IMG/VR virus record: IMGVR_UViG_3300033153_007754
Span: 32,001-96,000 of that record
Direction: 5' to 3' (one strand)
Source: a virus
Length of the DNA stretch: 64,000 nucleotides
In this document: positions 30,081-40,399 of the stretch, piece by piece
Position numbering within the stretch: position 1 is the first letter of the stretch
How the letters are laid out: every line of letters begins with the position of its first letter
Made by a program: the position numbers and the translations under genes
Notes under the pieces: generated by a model
What the model was told of the DNA's origin: nothing
Databases searched by the model: none
The model's input: only the letters and a program-made list of their open reading frames with translations

Positions 30081-31073
30081 TTAAAAATCATTAAAATCAA
30101 TATTCTCACCACCATCAATATTATCATCAATTTGGTTAGATTCAGATTCGTATTCGATAACATTAAAATCGAAAATAACCATATTATCATTAAACGCAAA
30201 TGGTGTTGATGGTGGTGATGCAATATATTGTAATACCCCATCATACCCATATTCTAAATATGCGATATATAAATCTTCATCTTCAATCTTACTTAATTGA
30301 ACATGTTTTAATTCATCCAAATAATAATCCATTAATGTATAATGATTCTCTTCTAGTGTTACATTTTCATAATCTGGGTATATTTGTAGATTACTATCCA
30401 GTTGTGTATGTATCACACTTTGTGGTGTTATGTTAATAGAAAGACTATCAATTAATATGAATTTTAACATTAAAAAAATTACACCTAATGGTTTCAAATA
30501 ATTTAATAAACTAATTAAATCTTTTAATGTGTAATCACTATTAATATCTAGGTTTTCTATTAGAAAGATATTAGGTATTTTATTGTAAATAGCCTTGTCA
30601 TAGACTAAAAAACCATCTTGTGAATAAACACTCGACTCAAAACCCAAAGTAGTTAATAAGGCGACATCTTCGATGTTATCATAATACAATTCTTTAATGT
30701 TTATATTACTTACAAGAGTTGTCCAAAAATTAATTCCATATGTACTCCCTTTTGTGTTGAAAATTCTTTTACTAAACAGTACAAATTTCTGCCAAGTCAT
30801 ATTTTTATCTACTATACTTTTTAGTTCAACAGGTATTAAATTTTCATATAAGTTTTTATCTGGATTTTTATCAATATCTATAAATTTTTTAATGTTTTCT
30901 ATGAAATAAATTGGGTTTATTTTATCATTCAGATAATTTTCATCCTGCATACTATCAAGATAAAATGTAAAAAAATCTAATAAGTTTTTTCCATTATTAT
31001 TTATATTATTATTAAAGAAATTTTCTATCTGAGTGGATACCCACTTCTTGTTTTCACCACTATCATATAACAT
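30081..31073 (-). CDS. baseplate wedge-associated protein (gp7-like)
   Basis: IFNTKGST.G..F and YLKPLGV motifs; adjacent to gp6. Confidence 0.55.
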   Translation of the reverse strand: MLYDSGENKKWVSTQIENFFNNNINNNGKNLLDFFTFYLDSMQDENYLNDKINPIYFIENIKKFIDIDKNPDKNLYENLIPVELKSIVDKNMTWQKFVLFSKRIFNTKGSTYGINFWTTLVSNINIKELYYDNIEDVALLTTLGFESSVYSQDGFLVYDKAIYNKIPNIFLIENLDINSDYTLKDLISLLNYLKPLGVIFLMLKFILIDSLSINITPQSVIHTQLDSNLQIYPDYENVTLEENHYTLMDYYLDELKHVQLSKIEDEDLYIAYLEYGYDGVLQYIASPPSTPFAFNDNMVIFDFNVIEYESESNQIDDNIDGGENIDFNDF

Positions 31074-31119
31074 ACACTTCCTTTAATTATCCATTATCAT
31101 AACACATATAAGATATTTA

Positions 31120-32928
31120 TCAAATTTCAATTAAAGTGATGTTAGAATCGATATTATTTACATTCAATATGGGTTTTGGTTCAAAACCTTGGAAAGTTGG
31201 ATTACTATCAGTTACATCTATAGATATATTAAAACTATCTCTTGTAACTACACTGATATCATTAAAGTTTATGTGATATGTTGTTTTACCATATGTACTA
31301 CCAACAACTTCAGTAAAAGTTATTAAATTGGTGTATTGTGGGATTAACCCATCTATTATAACAGTATTTCTAATATAAAAAGATGAACCAAAAGTCGTTA
31401 CTTCTAAATTGCTATTATTAATGGTTGTTGTTATACCATTGTATGTAATATTTACATCATAATTATCTAATAAATTTAATGCATCACTACCAATATAGTT
31501 AACAAAACTTTTTGTGTCATCATAATCACTATCTATTGTTAAACCAAAACCAACAGAATCAATTTTGAAATCAACCATTCCATTTATGTTTTCTTGCACA
31601 ATATACATTTGTAAAATACTTTTATTAATATACGAAATATTATTATTATTTATGTTGCTTAGTAAAATATTATTGATGTTATTTTTTAATGGTGTAGGGT
31701 AATTACCAACAACATTTTTATTCAGGTAAGAGCTATATTTAATTAATAAATTATTATATTGTATATCATTAAAAACTATGTTAATACCAAATCTTGCTTT
31801 TTTATTAATTATATCAATTTCATTTACATAATTATCATAATTCATTCGTTCTACTACACCCGAATCAGATACTTTATACAAAGATACATAAACCATCCCT
31901 GCATTAGCGTTTGCAATGGGTAAATCATTAGAATCTAATACATTATATTGCCAATTTGGAAATAAATATTCAATAAAAGTATTTAAATCCGATTTTGTTA
32001 CAATCCTATCTTGTGTTTGGTAGAATCGGCCCATTAATTCTTTAATTACCTCGAATCCTTCAGCACCCGCACCACCCGCACTAACATGTATTAATTCGGT
32101 TGAATATATGTCAGCATCAGTGTTCTCAATTATCAAATTACTTTCAGATATATTATTACCCTCATTACCTAAAGTTTCATAAAAAGATACCGAAACGCTA
32201 CCATATACATTTTTACCCAATTCATCATTAGAAAGTTTGATTAATAATTTATCATCTTCAGTGTAATCTAAATAATAAAACATTCCATCAACTAAAATAT
32301 CACTAGTGTCTTCAATAGTTTTATTGTTTGCTAGAAACTCTATTTCAGAATCAGTTGGATTGTGTGTTACAACTAAACTATCATTATCAATATTCCATTT
32401 ATGTGTATCTATAATTATTTCATTATCGTTTGTAGATATAAAATAAGTTTTTTCTACTAATTTACCTTGTTTGAATTCATACTTAGAATATGTTTCATCA
32501 AACACAGTATCATTTTCTAAAATATGGTAAAATTCAGTGTCATCAGCCTTTACAATAATTACATCACCCTTATCTAATGTTTTACTTGTTACACTAGCAT
32601 CTAAATTAGTATCAGAAAGTCTTAATTCTAGTGTAATTCTGCTGGAAATCATCCGTCTTGGTTCATACCCATATTTTTTGATTAAACTCATGATACTACT
32701 TTCTATTTTTGCGTTTGGTGTGACTTCGTTTATCATCAAATCAGTCTTTATAGATAAAGTAGTAAAAACATATGTAAGTGCTGAAATCAGTGTTGATATG
32801 TTAGAACCATCAAAATTTACATCTTTTAGTTGTGAATTATTTTCAGCAGCTTTTTCTAAAAAATACTTTTTAATTAAAATTGAAACATTTTCAGGTGTAT
32901 CATGTAAGTAATTTATATCCATATTCAA
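31120..32928 (-). CDS. baseplate wedge protein gp6
   Basis: DVNFDGSNISTLISALTY, GYEPR..ISS, Y.T.G..GN, GGAGAE and YQTQDRIVTKSD motifs. Confidence 0.88.
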   Translation of the reverse strand: MNMDINYLHDTPENVSILIKKYFLEKAAENNSQLKDVNFDGSNISTLISALTYVFTTLSIKTDLMINEVTPNAKIESSIMSLIKKYGYEPRRMISSRITLELRLSDTNLDASVTSKTLDKGDVIIVKADDTEFYHILENDTVFDETYSKYEFKQGKLVEKTYFISTNDNEIIIDTHKWNIDNDSLVVTHNPTDSEIEFLANNKTIEDTSDILVDGMFYYLDYTEDDKLLIKLSNDELGKNVYGSVSVSFYETLGNEGNNISESNLIIENTDADIYSTELIHVSAGGAGAEGFEVIKELMGRFYQTQDRIVTKSDLNTFIEYLFPNWQYNVLDSNDLPIANANAGMVYVSLYKVSDSGVVERMNYDNYVNEIDIINKKARFGINIVFNDIQYNNLLIKYSSYLNKNVVGNYPTPLKNNINNILLSNINNNNISYINKSILQMYIVQENINGMVDFKIDSVGFGLTIDSDYDDTKSFVNYIGSDALNLLDNYDVNITYNGITTTINNSNLEVTTFGSSFYIRNTVIIDGLIPQYTNLITFTEVVGSTYGKTTYHINFNDISVVTRDSFNISIDVTDSNPTFQGFEPKPILNVNNIDSNITLIEI

Positions 32929-33022
32929 CCTTTTTTAAAATTTAATCTAAAACTATTTATTAAATATAGAAAAAATCTTATAATAAGGCACATATTTGAT
33001 AGTAACTTAATTGGTTAAAAGA

Positions 33023-33044
33023 AGCCCTGCCTTTTGGTAGGGCT
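33023..33044. terminator. GC-rich hairpin downstream of primase
   Basis: AGCCCTGCC-TTTT-GGTAGGGCT. Confidence 0.55.
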
Positions 33045-33060
33045 AAGACCCAAGTTGTAA

Positions 33061-34041
33061 TTACAATAAAAAACTTTCCGTTGGTGTATTTATTGAGTTT
33101 CTCAACACAATTTCAGAATTGAAATCAATATTGTTTTGGATTAATTCATTTACATCTTTAATTAAAATAATATTAAAATTACTTTTAGCAAATAACTTCC
33201 AACTAAATACATGATATCCATTTAGAATTAATTCATTTGATGTTTCGTAACCAGCTTCATCATTATCCAAAATAAAATATAAATTCTTTTTTGGAATCTC
33301 ATTATTTATACAATATTCAAGAAATAAATCTGTTTTACTTATGCTACCTAATGCAATATTATTATCAAAAAAAATTGAATCAATCTCACCTTCCAATATA
33401 AAAATTGGTTGATTAATATCTATACCATCCATATTAAAAAATGTTAATTCTGGTGGTAATTCCTTTTTGATTGTTAGATATTTAAGTTTAGGTTTTTGTA
33501 ATAATGAACGGCCTTTTAAAGCATATATATCCCCCTTGTAGTCTAAGTATTTAATTAAAATCCTTTTATCAGGGAAATAAAACTTTTTATTTATTTTATT
33601 AATATTATAATATAGCTGCATAAAGTTTTCTGAATATGTAAAAAAGTGGTGTTTATTTTTGGGTATCATTCTTTTTTTTAAGAATATGTTTAATAAATTA
33701 CTATTATCATTAGTGGCATTATTATAATAAATCATTTCTTCTTTAGTAAATACATTAAAATTATGTTCAACACGTTTTTTTTTAATTATAACTTCTTTGG
33801 GTTTAACATATGTTAATAATTCTAGGTTTATATTGGTGTCTGTTTCTGTATGGTAATCTTCCCCGATTCGTTTATAATATTGTTCTGCGTGTATGCTTGT
33901 TTTACACCTAAAACACTTATACCAAATCCCCTTTGGGTGTTTGTCTAAGCCTAAAACATATGCTCTATAATCTTTGGGGTTATCCCCTCTTGAACCATTA
34001 CCGCAAAAGGTACAAAAAACTGATGTTCTATCATTTACCAT
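33061..34041 (-). CDS. DNA primase (T4 gp61-like)
   Basis: CTFCG..CFRC zinc finger, KGRSL, KYLTIK, ILEGEIDS, LDND and KDVNE TOPRIM motifs. Confidence 0.92.
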   Translation of the reverse strand: MVNDRTSVFCTFCGNGSRGDNPKDYRAYVLGLDKHPKGIWYKCFRCKTSIHAEQYYKRIGEDYHTETDTNINLELLTYVKPKEVIIKKKRVEHNFNVFTKEEMIYYNNATNDNSNLLNIFLKKRMIPKNKHHFFTYSENFMQLYYNINKINKKFYFPDKRILIKYLDYKGDIYALKGRSLLQKPKLKYLTIKKELPPELTFFNMDGIDINQPIFILEGEIDSIFFDNNIALGSISKTDLFLEYCINNEIPKKNLYFILDNDEAGYETSNELILNGYHVFSWKLFAKSNFNIILIKDVNELIQNNIDFNSEIVLRNSINTPTESFLL

Positions 34042-34933
34042 TTTCTAATCTCTTTAATTTTATTTTAAAATCCATTTCAATTTTATCTAATTCAGTATTC
34101 AATTTTTGGTTGTAACCATCAATATCAATATTTTCATATTTATCAGCATTCATATAATTCATAATTTCCCCTGAAACTTCTATCTCCACATCTGTATTAC
34201 CAGGTGTTTTATAAAAATTAGAACGTTCAATTAATTCTTTATATTTAAAAAATAGTTTTGGTGTTATCTTTCTATTGTCAACTGGGTTTATTATTATATT
34301 ATTATAATCAATTATTCCATCTTCAGATTTAAAATATAAGGAATCGTATTTATTATAAACACTATATTGTTCTTTAAAATCATCTTCACCAAATTGCATC
34401 ATTAATTGTTTTTTTACACTTGGGTGATATTTATTAAAGTTATAAAATCCCTTTACTTTATACCTTTTTAACCTAGTTTTATTTACTTCATATTTTCTAA
34501 ATATTCTATACTTTTCACCAAGCAATTTTCCCGAAACATCTAGTATTAATTTATTCAAATCTCCACTTGGGATTCTTTGTATCTTATTGTTGTGTAAATA
34601 TTCTGGAAATAGTTTATCAAAAAAAAGACTGATGTTTTTATTAGAAGGTTTATTGTATATAACAAAACCAATACCATCATCAACCTCAATTTCAGGGTTT
34701 TCCATCAATGCGGTGAAATCAAAAACCCCTTTACTTTTTTTAAATTCTTCGATATATTTATAGATATTAAATATACCATTTGGAAAAGTTATATCTAATA
34801 ACTGCCAAAAAAATTTATAATTTCTTTGGTTGATTTTTGTGATATTATTTGCATATAAAAGTGATTTGATAATCACTAAATTTTCGTTTGCTGTCTTTCT
34901 GTTTTTTGTTGGTAAATTAAATTTGTTTTCCAT
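34031..34933 (-). CDS. hypothetical protein, possibly a degenerate PolB palm/thumb paralogue
   Basis: 300 aa ORF overlapping the primase start; weak by-eye similarity to the PolB C-terminal half. Confidence 0.5.
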   Translation of the reverse strand: MENKFNLPTKNRKTANENLVIIKSLLYANNITKINQRNYKFFWQLLDITFPNGIFNIYKYIEEFKKSKGVFDFTALMENPEIEVDDGIGFVIYNKPSNKNISLFFDKLFPEYLHNNKIQRIPSGDLNKLILDVSGKLLGEKYRIFRKYEVNKTRLKRYKVKGFYNFNKYHPSVKKQLMMQFGEDDFKEQYSVYNKYDSLYFKSEDGIIDYNNIIINPVDNRKITPKLFFKYKELIERSNFYKTPGNTDVEIEVSGEIMNYMNADKYENIDIDGYNQKLNTELDKIEMDFKIKLKRLENGK

Positions 34934-34962
34934 TTTATCCGGCCCCTATAAATACCCTAAGA

Positions 34963-34991
34963 ATTATAATATAGGAAGCAAGTAATGTCAA
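34963..34991 (-). promoter_or_regulatory. sigma70-type promoter
   Basis: TTGACA-17-TATAAT. Confidence 0.7.
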
Positions 34992-35206
34992 GTATTTACA
35001 TGTAAAATTGCCATATTTTCATTAAAATAACTGATTGCGAAATATGCGTCGACTGATTTATCAATTTTATCTTCATCATATTCTTCTAATAGACTTAAAT
35101 CTTCAATTAAATTAACCAATCTTTTACGATATTCTGTTCTTAATTCAACTATATTGTCTTCATTCATTTAAAAAAAACCCCATTTAAAAACAAATTATAG
35201 TATAAT

Positions 35207-35722
35207 TTATTTATTTAATAAAGGCTTGTATCCGTGACGTTTAAGGCTTCTTTCATCTTCTAGTTTATCAATTAAATTAATTTCATCACCTTTTAAAATA
35301 TTAAACATAATGTGGTATGTTTTTTGGCCTGATGATTCAGTATCAAAAGTACCAACAAAAGCGTATGTATTATTTTTTTTATTATACCAAATTGATTCCA
35401 AATCCTTAAATTTAACCCACCCAAAACCATTCCATTCGGGCTCAACGGAATCTATCATATCTTCAACTTCTTCGTCTAAATCTGAATATAATAATATAAG
35501 CTTAACTTCATCATATGTTAATGGGTTCAATATATAGGCTTCCTTTAATTTCTCTACATTATTTCTTATGTCTTCTAAAACATTAACTGATAAATTATCT
35601 TTTTTTAATAATTCTTTATATTCATTCATTTTAATAGTAATAATGTCTATGTTTTCTTTTTCTATTAGTAGCTTTTCAGCTACTATTTTTTGTAATCCAT
35701 CAATTTCTTTAATTAAATCCAT
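35207..35722 (-). CDS. hypothetical late protein
   Basis: GAGG RBS; downstream of a late-promoter palindrome. Confidence 0.65.
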   Translation of the reverse strand: MDLIKEIDGLQKIVAEKLLIEKENIDIITIKMNEYKELLKKDNLSVNVLEDIRNNVEKLKEAYILNPLTYDEVKLILLYSDLDEEVEDMIDSVEPEWNGFGWVKFKDLESIWYNKKNNTYAFVGTFDTESSGQKTYHIMFNILKGDEINLIDKLEDERSLKRHGYKPLLNK

Positions 35723-35744
35723 TATATAACCTCTTTATCAATAA

Positions 35745-35760
35745 TATAAATATATTTATA
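35745..35760. promoter_or_regulatory. palindromic bidirectional late promoter
   Basis: TATAAATATATTTATA between divergent genes. Confidence 0.65.
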
Positions 35761-35779
35761 AATTTTAATAAGGTAAAAT

Positions 35780-36121
35780 ATGAGTGATTTTAAAAGTGAA
35801 ATAACATTAAAAAAAATTGTAGAAGGTGTTACAGATATTAAAGAATTATTTCCTGAAACTGTTAGTGGATATACTTATTATAATAAAATAGAATTAAGTA
35901 TTGCAGCAGCAACGAATAAGGATATTGTATTTGAAAATTCTACTAAATTGTTTATTTTTGCTGAAAATGCTGTAACAATTAAACATGATAATGCGGATAG
36001 TATTGTGTTGGCGAAAGGAAAAAAGTTAATATTGGATAACACGGACGGTTTAACTACTATTAATATAGAAAATGAATCAACTGATACACCTGTATTAGTT
36101 AAATTATTTTTAGTTAATTAA
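35780..36121 (+). CDS. small beta-rich, probably structural protein
   Basis: 113 aa; downstream of late motif. Confidence 0.6.
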   Translation: MSDFKSEITLKKIVEGVTDIKELFPETVSGYTYYNKIELSIAAATNKDIVFENSTKLFIFAENAVTIKHDNADSIVLAKGKKLILDNTDGLTTINIENESTDTPVLVKLFLVN

Positions 36122-36146
36122 AAATTAGGTAACTATGCTTTAAGCC

Positions 36147-37127
36147 CTACACAAAAACGGTATTGATATCACTAACAATAAACCCAGCAGCCCCAGCGTG
36201 TCCACCACCTTTATTTCCATTATACACAAATTGAGCTGCTATATAAGATACATCTATTCCTTCTTTATCCGACCAAATGGAACACCTATATTTATCACCA
36301 TCAAAGATATACCCAATCATCAAATCCCATTTCTCTGAGTCCCATTTTGAATCATATGTTAGTGATGTTCTATCACTAGTGTTTAAAACCAAAGCTTTAA
36401 GTTTTTTATCCAATTGTTCTGCATAAACTTCTCTTGTATAAGAATAAGAATGAACGTTTATTTTATCTTTTACTTGTTGGTAATACAATAAAGATTTCCC
36501 TTCATTTAAAATTCTATCTATATCTAAAAACCATTTATTAGGTTTTCTGTTATAAATACCAGCACTATATATATCTTCCCAATTTTCATAATTGAAAATA
36601 GTACTTAAACTCTGTTTTTTCATACCAAATTGAAACGGTAATATTTTATTTTTCCATTTGTTCATATCAGATTTATCAAATACATCATAACGACCTAATA
36701 AATTAATAACACGTGGTATTTTTTCGTCACCTCTGAAGTATTTCCAAACTAATTCTATTGCAGAAAAGTTAGTATCCCTTATACCCTCAAACACACCTTC
36801 CATTTCTAAATAAGTTTTTTCGTGGTGGTCAATCCATGTAAAACTTTTACAATATTCACCACTATTTAATTTATCCATATATTCTTGTGGAAAAGATAAA
36901 TCTGTCATAAAAATATGAACTGGGTTAAACTCCTGTATGTCTAATATAACATTTTCATAATTTTCATAATATCTAAGTGGCTTAAACTCGATTAATTCAG
37001 GGTTAAAATTGTATTGGTGGGATAGTAAAAACTTTACTAATGCACCACTACCTTTTCCATCCAAGTCACCTTTATCATGAATAATCAAGGTTTTATCATT
37101 TACTGCATATTCTTTCATTTTATTCAT
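36147..37127 (-). CDS. DHH/DHHA1 phosphoesterase
   Basis: DLDGKGSG, MTDLSF, WIDHH and GGGHAGAAGF motifs. Confidence 0.9.
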   Translation of the reverse strand: MNKMKEYAVNDKTLIIHDKGDLDGKGSGALVKFLLSHQYNFNPELIEFKPLRYYENYENVILDIQEFNPVHIFMTDLSFPQEYMDKLNSGEYCKSFTWIDHHEKTYLEMEGVFEGIRDTNFSAIELVWKYFRGDEKIPRVINLLGRYDVFDKSDMNKWKNKILPFQFGMKKQSLSTIFNYENWEDIYSAGIYNRKPNKWFLDIDRILNEGKSLLYYQQVKDKINVHSYSYTREVYAEQLDKKLKALVLNTSDRTSLTYDSKWDSEKWDLMIGYIFDGDKYRCSIWSDKEGIDVSYIAAQFVYNGNKGGGHAGAAGFIVSDINTVFV

Positions 37128-37836
37128 CCAATACGGTATTCATGATTATTATGAAATCTGTTTCTGTAGATTCCCATTTAACTAATCTAATATTTTCATA
37201 AAAAGTTATATCCCAAGAATCAACATGTGGAAACCAATTTAATGTGTGTGTATTTTCTTCAAATGCTTCTGAAGATTCAGAAATCTTTTCCTTAATTTCA
37301 TTTCCAGTACCAGTTGTTTTAATAAAAGATACATTACCATCTTTGATAGTGAATTGATATTCACCTTCATATGAATGAAACATATCATTCAATTTTTTTA
37401 ATTCTTTAAATCTTTCAGAAGATAGTGAAACTGTTGTTTTTTTAGCACCTGAAAACACATTTTTTTCTAAAGTATCCACTGCGCTCATAACGGTTATGTC
37501 ATCACCATTTTTATTCTTTGTTAAATGATTATCTGTTTCATCAGTGCTAAAAGTATATACCATACTTCTTTCATTATTTTTAATTTTTAGATGACTTTCT
37601 TCATTAACAACCGTTTCAAATTCCAGTGTTGGTAATTTATCTGGTGTTACAACAGTAAACAAAGCCATTTTATTTAAAAAATCTTTGATAGAATGTAACT
37701 CTTTACCCTCAAAATCACCAAAACCATCTAATGTTGTTTTAACAAAAATAGAACCATGTTCATCACTAATTGCAACACTATGTTCTAATTTTAATAAATC
37801 TGTGTAATTGCTTAATTTTCTTAAATTAATTAACAT
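37120..37836 (-). CDS. sliding clamp (T4 gp45-like)
   Basis: by-eye alignment to gp45 (ELHSIKDFLNKMALF, LKIKNNERSMVY, VSLSSERFKEL); close to gp32 and gp44. Confidence 0.6.
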   Translation of the reverse strand: MLINLRKLSNYTDLLKLEHSVAISDEHGSIFVKTTLDGFGDFEGKELHSIKDFLNKMALFTVVTPDKLPTLEFETVVNEESHLKIKNNERSMVYTFSTDETDNHLTKNKNGDDITVMSAVDTLEKNVFSGAKKTTVSLSSERFKELKKLNDMFHSYEGEYQFTIKDGNVSFIKTTGTGNEIKEKISESSEAFEENTHTLNWFPHVDSWDITFYENIRLVKWESTETDFIIIMNTVLDE

Positions 37837-38020
37837 TTTCACCCCTATTATTTTTCTTGTTTTTAGTTTCAGCATTCTTTGTTTTTTTGTCAATATTCAC
37901 CTGGTGTTTATATGTATGTTTTGGTACATATTTAAAACCACCAAGTCTAACTAAGTTTTCTGCAATACCATCAGATTTTCTAACAATACGACCTGTTTTT
38001 ATTTCTTTAATTGTTTTCAT
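37826..38020 (-). CDS. small conserved phage protein
   Basis: MKTIK...G.I.R.SD..AE.LV...G.KYVPK..YK pattern. Confidence 0.55.
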   Translation of the reverse strand: MKTIKEIKTGRIVRKSDGIAENLVRLGGFKYVPKHTYKHQVNIDKKTKNAETKNKKNNRGENVN

Positions 38021-38291
38021 TTTTATCTCCATCAAGACTGATTATGACCATTTCGGTCAAGGTTGATAAACGACCCATATTAAAAATAATTTCCCTTGCT
38101 GATTGCCTTTTAATTGTTACATTCATTGCAAAACCCTCAACACTATTAAAAAGTGTGTTTAAAAGAACCATATCAGTTAAAAATGGTTGCAGCATTACTA
38201 GCTTTCGGTTAATATCACCAACAAGTGCTATATAATCAGTTACACCATAATCATTTAATAACTCATACAATTCTTTTAACACATCTTTCAT
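38007..38291 (-). CDS. hypothetical protein
   Basis: 94 aa ORF within the replication operon. Confidence 0.6.
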   Translation of the reverse strand: MKDVLKELYELLNDYGVTDYIALVGDINRKLVMLQPFLTDMVLLNTLFNSVEGFAMNVTIKRQSAREIIFNMGRLSTLTEMVIISLDGDKNENN

Positions 38292-38302
38292 TTTTTTCTA
38301 TC

Positions 38303-39175
38303 CTAAATGTCTGTAATTAAATCATTTACCGTATTCTTATTTACCACAATATCACTTTTAGCTTTTTCATTTTTAACTTCATCCTGTTTTGGGTTAATAT
38401 TAACTTCTTCCTTATGTCCATCAAGAATTTTTTGAACATCTGTTACAATATCATTATATGGTTTTAAATTTTGTTCCATCTTAGTAACAACTTCAGTGAT
38501 GGATGGTAAAGCTGTATATTCAACATCTAATTCACTAAGATGGTGGTCTTTGGGTAGAACAGCAATATTCCAATTCAATTTATTTTGGTCTGGTACTGTA
38601 ACAACTACTTTTAATATCTTACCTTTTTCTGCAAAATAAGGTGTACCCACATCTTCATCAGCATATAATTCCCATAATTTTTCTTTTACGGTTTTTGAAA
38701 AATACCATCTAAATATTTTACCAACATTATCAGGGTTGCTACTATCTTCAGTTACATAAATAAAAGCATACTGTGATTTTTTACTTTTTAATTCTTGATA
38801 TAATTCCTTATCCTTATTTTCCATATCTTCAGGATAAGACTGAAATATTTCTGAAATTAAAGCCTTAGTCTTACCTTCTTCTTTTGTACAAATAGGACAA
38901 TCTTTTCCAAACAGTGTAGGACATACACAATATAATTCAGAAGTGAATTTACCATCAACCTTTTTTTGGTATGCCTTATGCGTAATACTTTCGATAAAAA
39001 ACAATTCGTTATCAATCGCCTTACCATCACAAATTGATGGTAGAATACGTGCTTTAAATACGTGCTTTTTTCCTGTCTTTGGTGTCTCAAAACGATACAA
39101 ACCGGGGAATCCTGTGTTTGATTTATTTTGTGCTTCTGTTTCAGATTTCTTTGCATAATCTTTTAATGATATCAT
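38303..39175 (-). CDS. single-stranded DNA-binding protein (gp32-like)
   Basis: ARILPS, H..CPTLFGKDCPIC Zn site, YVTED..NPDNVGKIF.W.F motifs. Confidence 0.88.
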   Translation of the reverse strand: MISLKDYAKKSETEAQNKSNTGFPGLYRFETPKTGKKHVFKARILPSICDGKAIDNELFFIESITHKAYQKKVDGKFTSELYCVCPTLFGKDCPICTKEEGKTKALISEIFQSYPEDMENKDKELYQELKSKKSQYAFIYVTEDSSNPDNVGKIFRWYFSKTVKEKLWELYADEDVGTPYFAEKGKILKVVVTVPDQNKLNWNIAVLPKDHHLSELDVEYTALPSITEVVTKMEQNLKPYNDIVTDVQKILDGHKEEVNINPKQDEVKNEKAKSDIVVNKNTVNDLITDI

Positions 39176-39238
39176 TTTACTCCTTTGTAATAATATGATT
39201 GTTAATATAATACATTTTTTCATTATTTAATAAACTTT

Positions 39239-40249
39239 TTATTTAACCAACTTACTTAATATTAATAATAAATTTGTAATAGTAATTACTTTATCCACAC
39301 TAAATGAAATTTCCCAGCTTGCACGTGCCAATTCAACAATAGCCTGGTGTTCACCTTTTTCTACAAAATATTTTCTTAATTCAACAAAAATTTGATTCTC
39401 AACATATGTATTTTTCGCATATTCGTGTAACTCTCTTATGTCACCTTTTTTTAAAATATCTATTAATAATTTACTATCAATATTTTGTATTTTATTCTTT
39501 AAATCCCCGTTTCTAATATATTCCTGGTATAATATAGAAAGAATACTTCTAAAATCAGGATAAAACATTTTAATGGCATCAACAACAACACTTTCTTCAT
39601 ATTCTATACTTTCTTTTTTTAATATTGAAAATATTCTATGTAATAATTGTGTGATTATTTCACTCTGATTTTCTTTATATATTTTATCTAAAAATAATTC
39701 CCCAGATTTAAACCGACTTCTAATTGGTGGTATTATTTTTTCTGGATAATTAAGTGTTGCAATAAACCTAACCCTGTCTTTATATTCTTCTATAAAACCC
39801 CTTAATGATTTTTGTGCTTCTACTGTAAAATTATCAAATTCGTCCAATACAATTATCTTTTTGTCTATATCATTTTGTGTATATGCGAGTACTGATTTTC
39901 TAGTAGCAAATTCTTGTAATTGTTTTCTAACAACATCTATACCATTTTGTGTGGATGCATTAATGAATAATGGTTTTATATTTAATTCTTTTGTTATTAT
40001 TTTTGCAAGTGTTGTTTTACCTAAACCTTGATATCCAATTAACATTATATTTGGCATATCTAATTTATATGAACCATTTCTTTTCTTTTCCAAACTAATC
40101 CAATTCTTCACTAATTGTTTATATTTTTCTGGAAAAACATATTCATTTAAATCTTCAGGATGGTATCTATCCACCCAATCTTTTGATGCTTTCATTTTAT
40201 CAACCACTTCCTTAATGTTTATTTTTTTACCATCCTTTTTTTTAGTCAT
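39239..40249 (-). CDS. clamp loader large subunit (gp44/RFC-like)
   Basis: WVDRYHP, GYQGLGKTT, INAS, VLDEFD, PPIRSRF and PDFR motifs. Confidence 0.92.
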   Translation of the reverse strand: MTKKKDGKKINIKEVVDKMKASKDWVDRYHPEDLNEYVFPEKYKQLVKNWISLEKKRNGSYKLDMPNIMLIGYQGLGKTTLAKIITKELNIKPLFINASTQNGIDVVRKQLQEFATRKSVLAYTQNDIDKKIIVLDEFDNFTVEAQKSLRGFIEEYKDRVRFIATLNYPEKIIPPIRSRFKSGELFLDKIYKENQSEIITQLLHRIFSILKKESIEYEESVVVDAIKMFYPDFRSILSILYQEYIRNGDLKNKIQNIDSKLLIDILKKGDIRELHEYAKNTYVENQIFVELRKYFVEKGEHQAIVELARASWEISFSVDKVITITNLLLILSKLVK

Positions 40250-40328
40250 TCATTTACCTCACTATAGTATATCATGAAATATTATTACATTTTTTTTTTA
40301 TTTAACTAAATCATTTTAAAAAAAATAC

Positions 40329-40380
40329 TTGACAAACCCAAAAAAAACTGTATATTGTAGATAGATGGCAATTAAGCCAT
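40329..40380 (+). promoter_or_regulatory. early promoter plus conserved ATGGCAATTAAGCCAT hairpin
   Basis: TTGACA-16-TATATT, then the 16-nt motif at 40365-40380. Confidence 0.75.
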
Positions 40381-40399
40381 GATTCAATAGGAGAATGAT

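Noticed and set aside
32995-33060. tRNA gene (TAACTTAATTGGTTAAAAG resembles a D-arm)
   Set aside because: There is no 7-nt anticodon loop, no TTC T-loop and no acceptor-stem partner. It is better explained as a terminator hairpin, or at most a decayed remnant.
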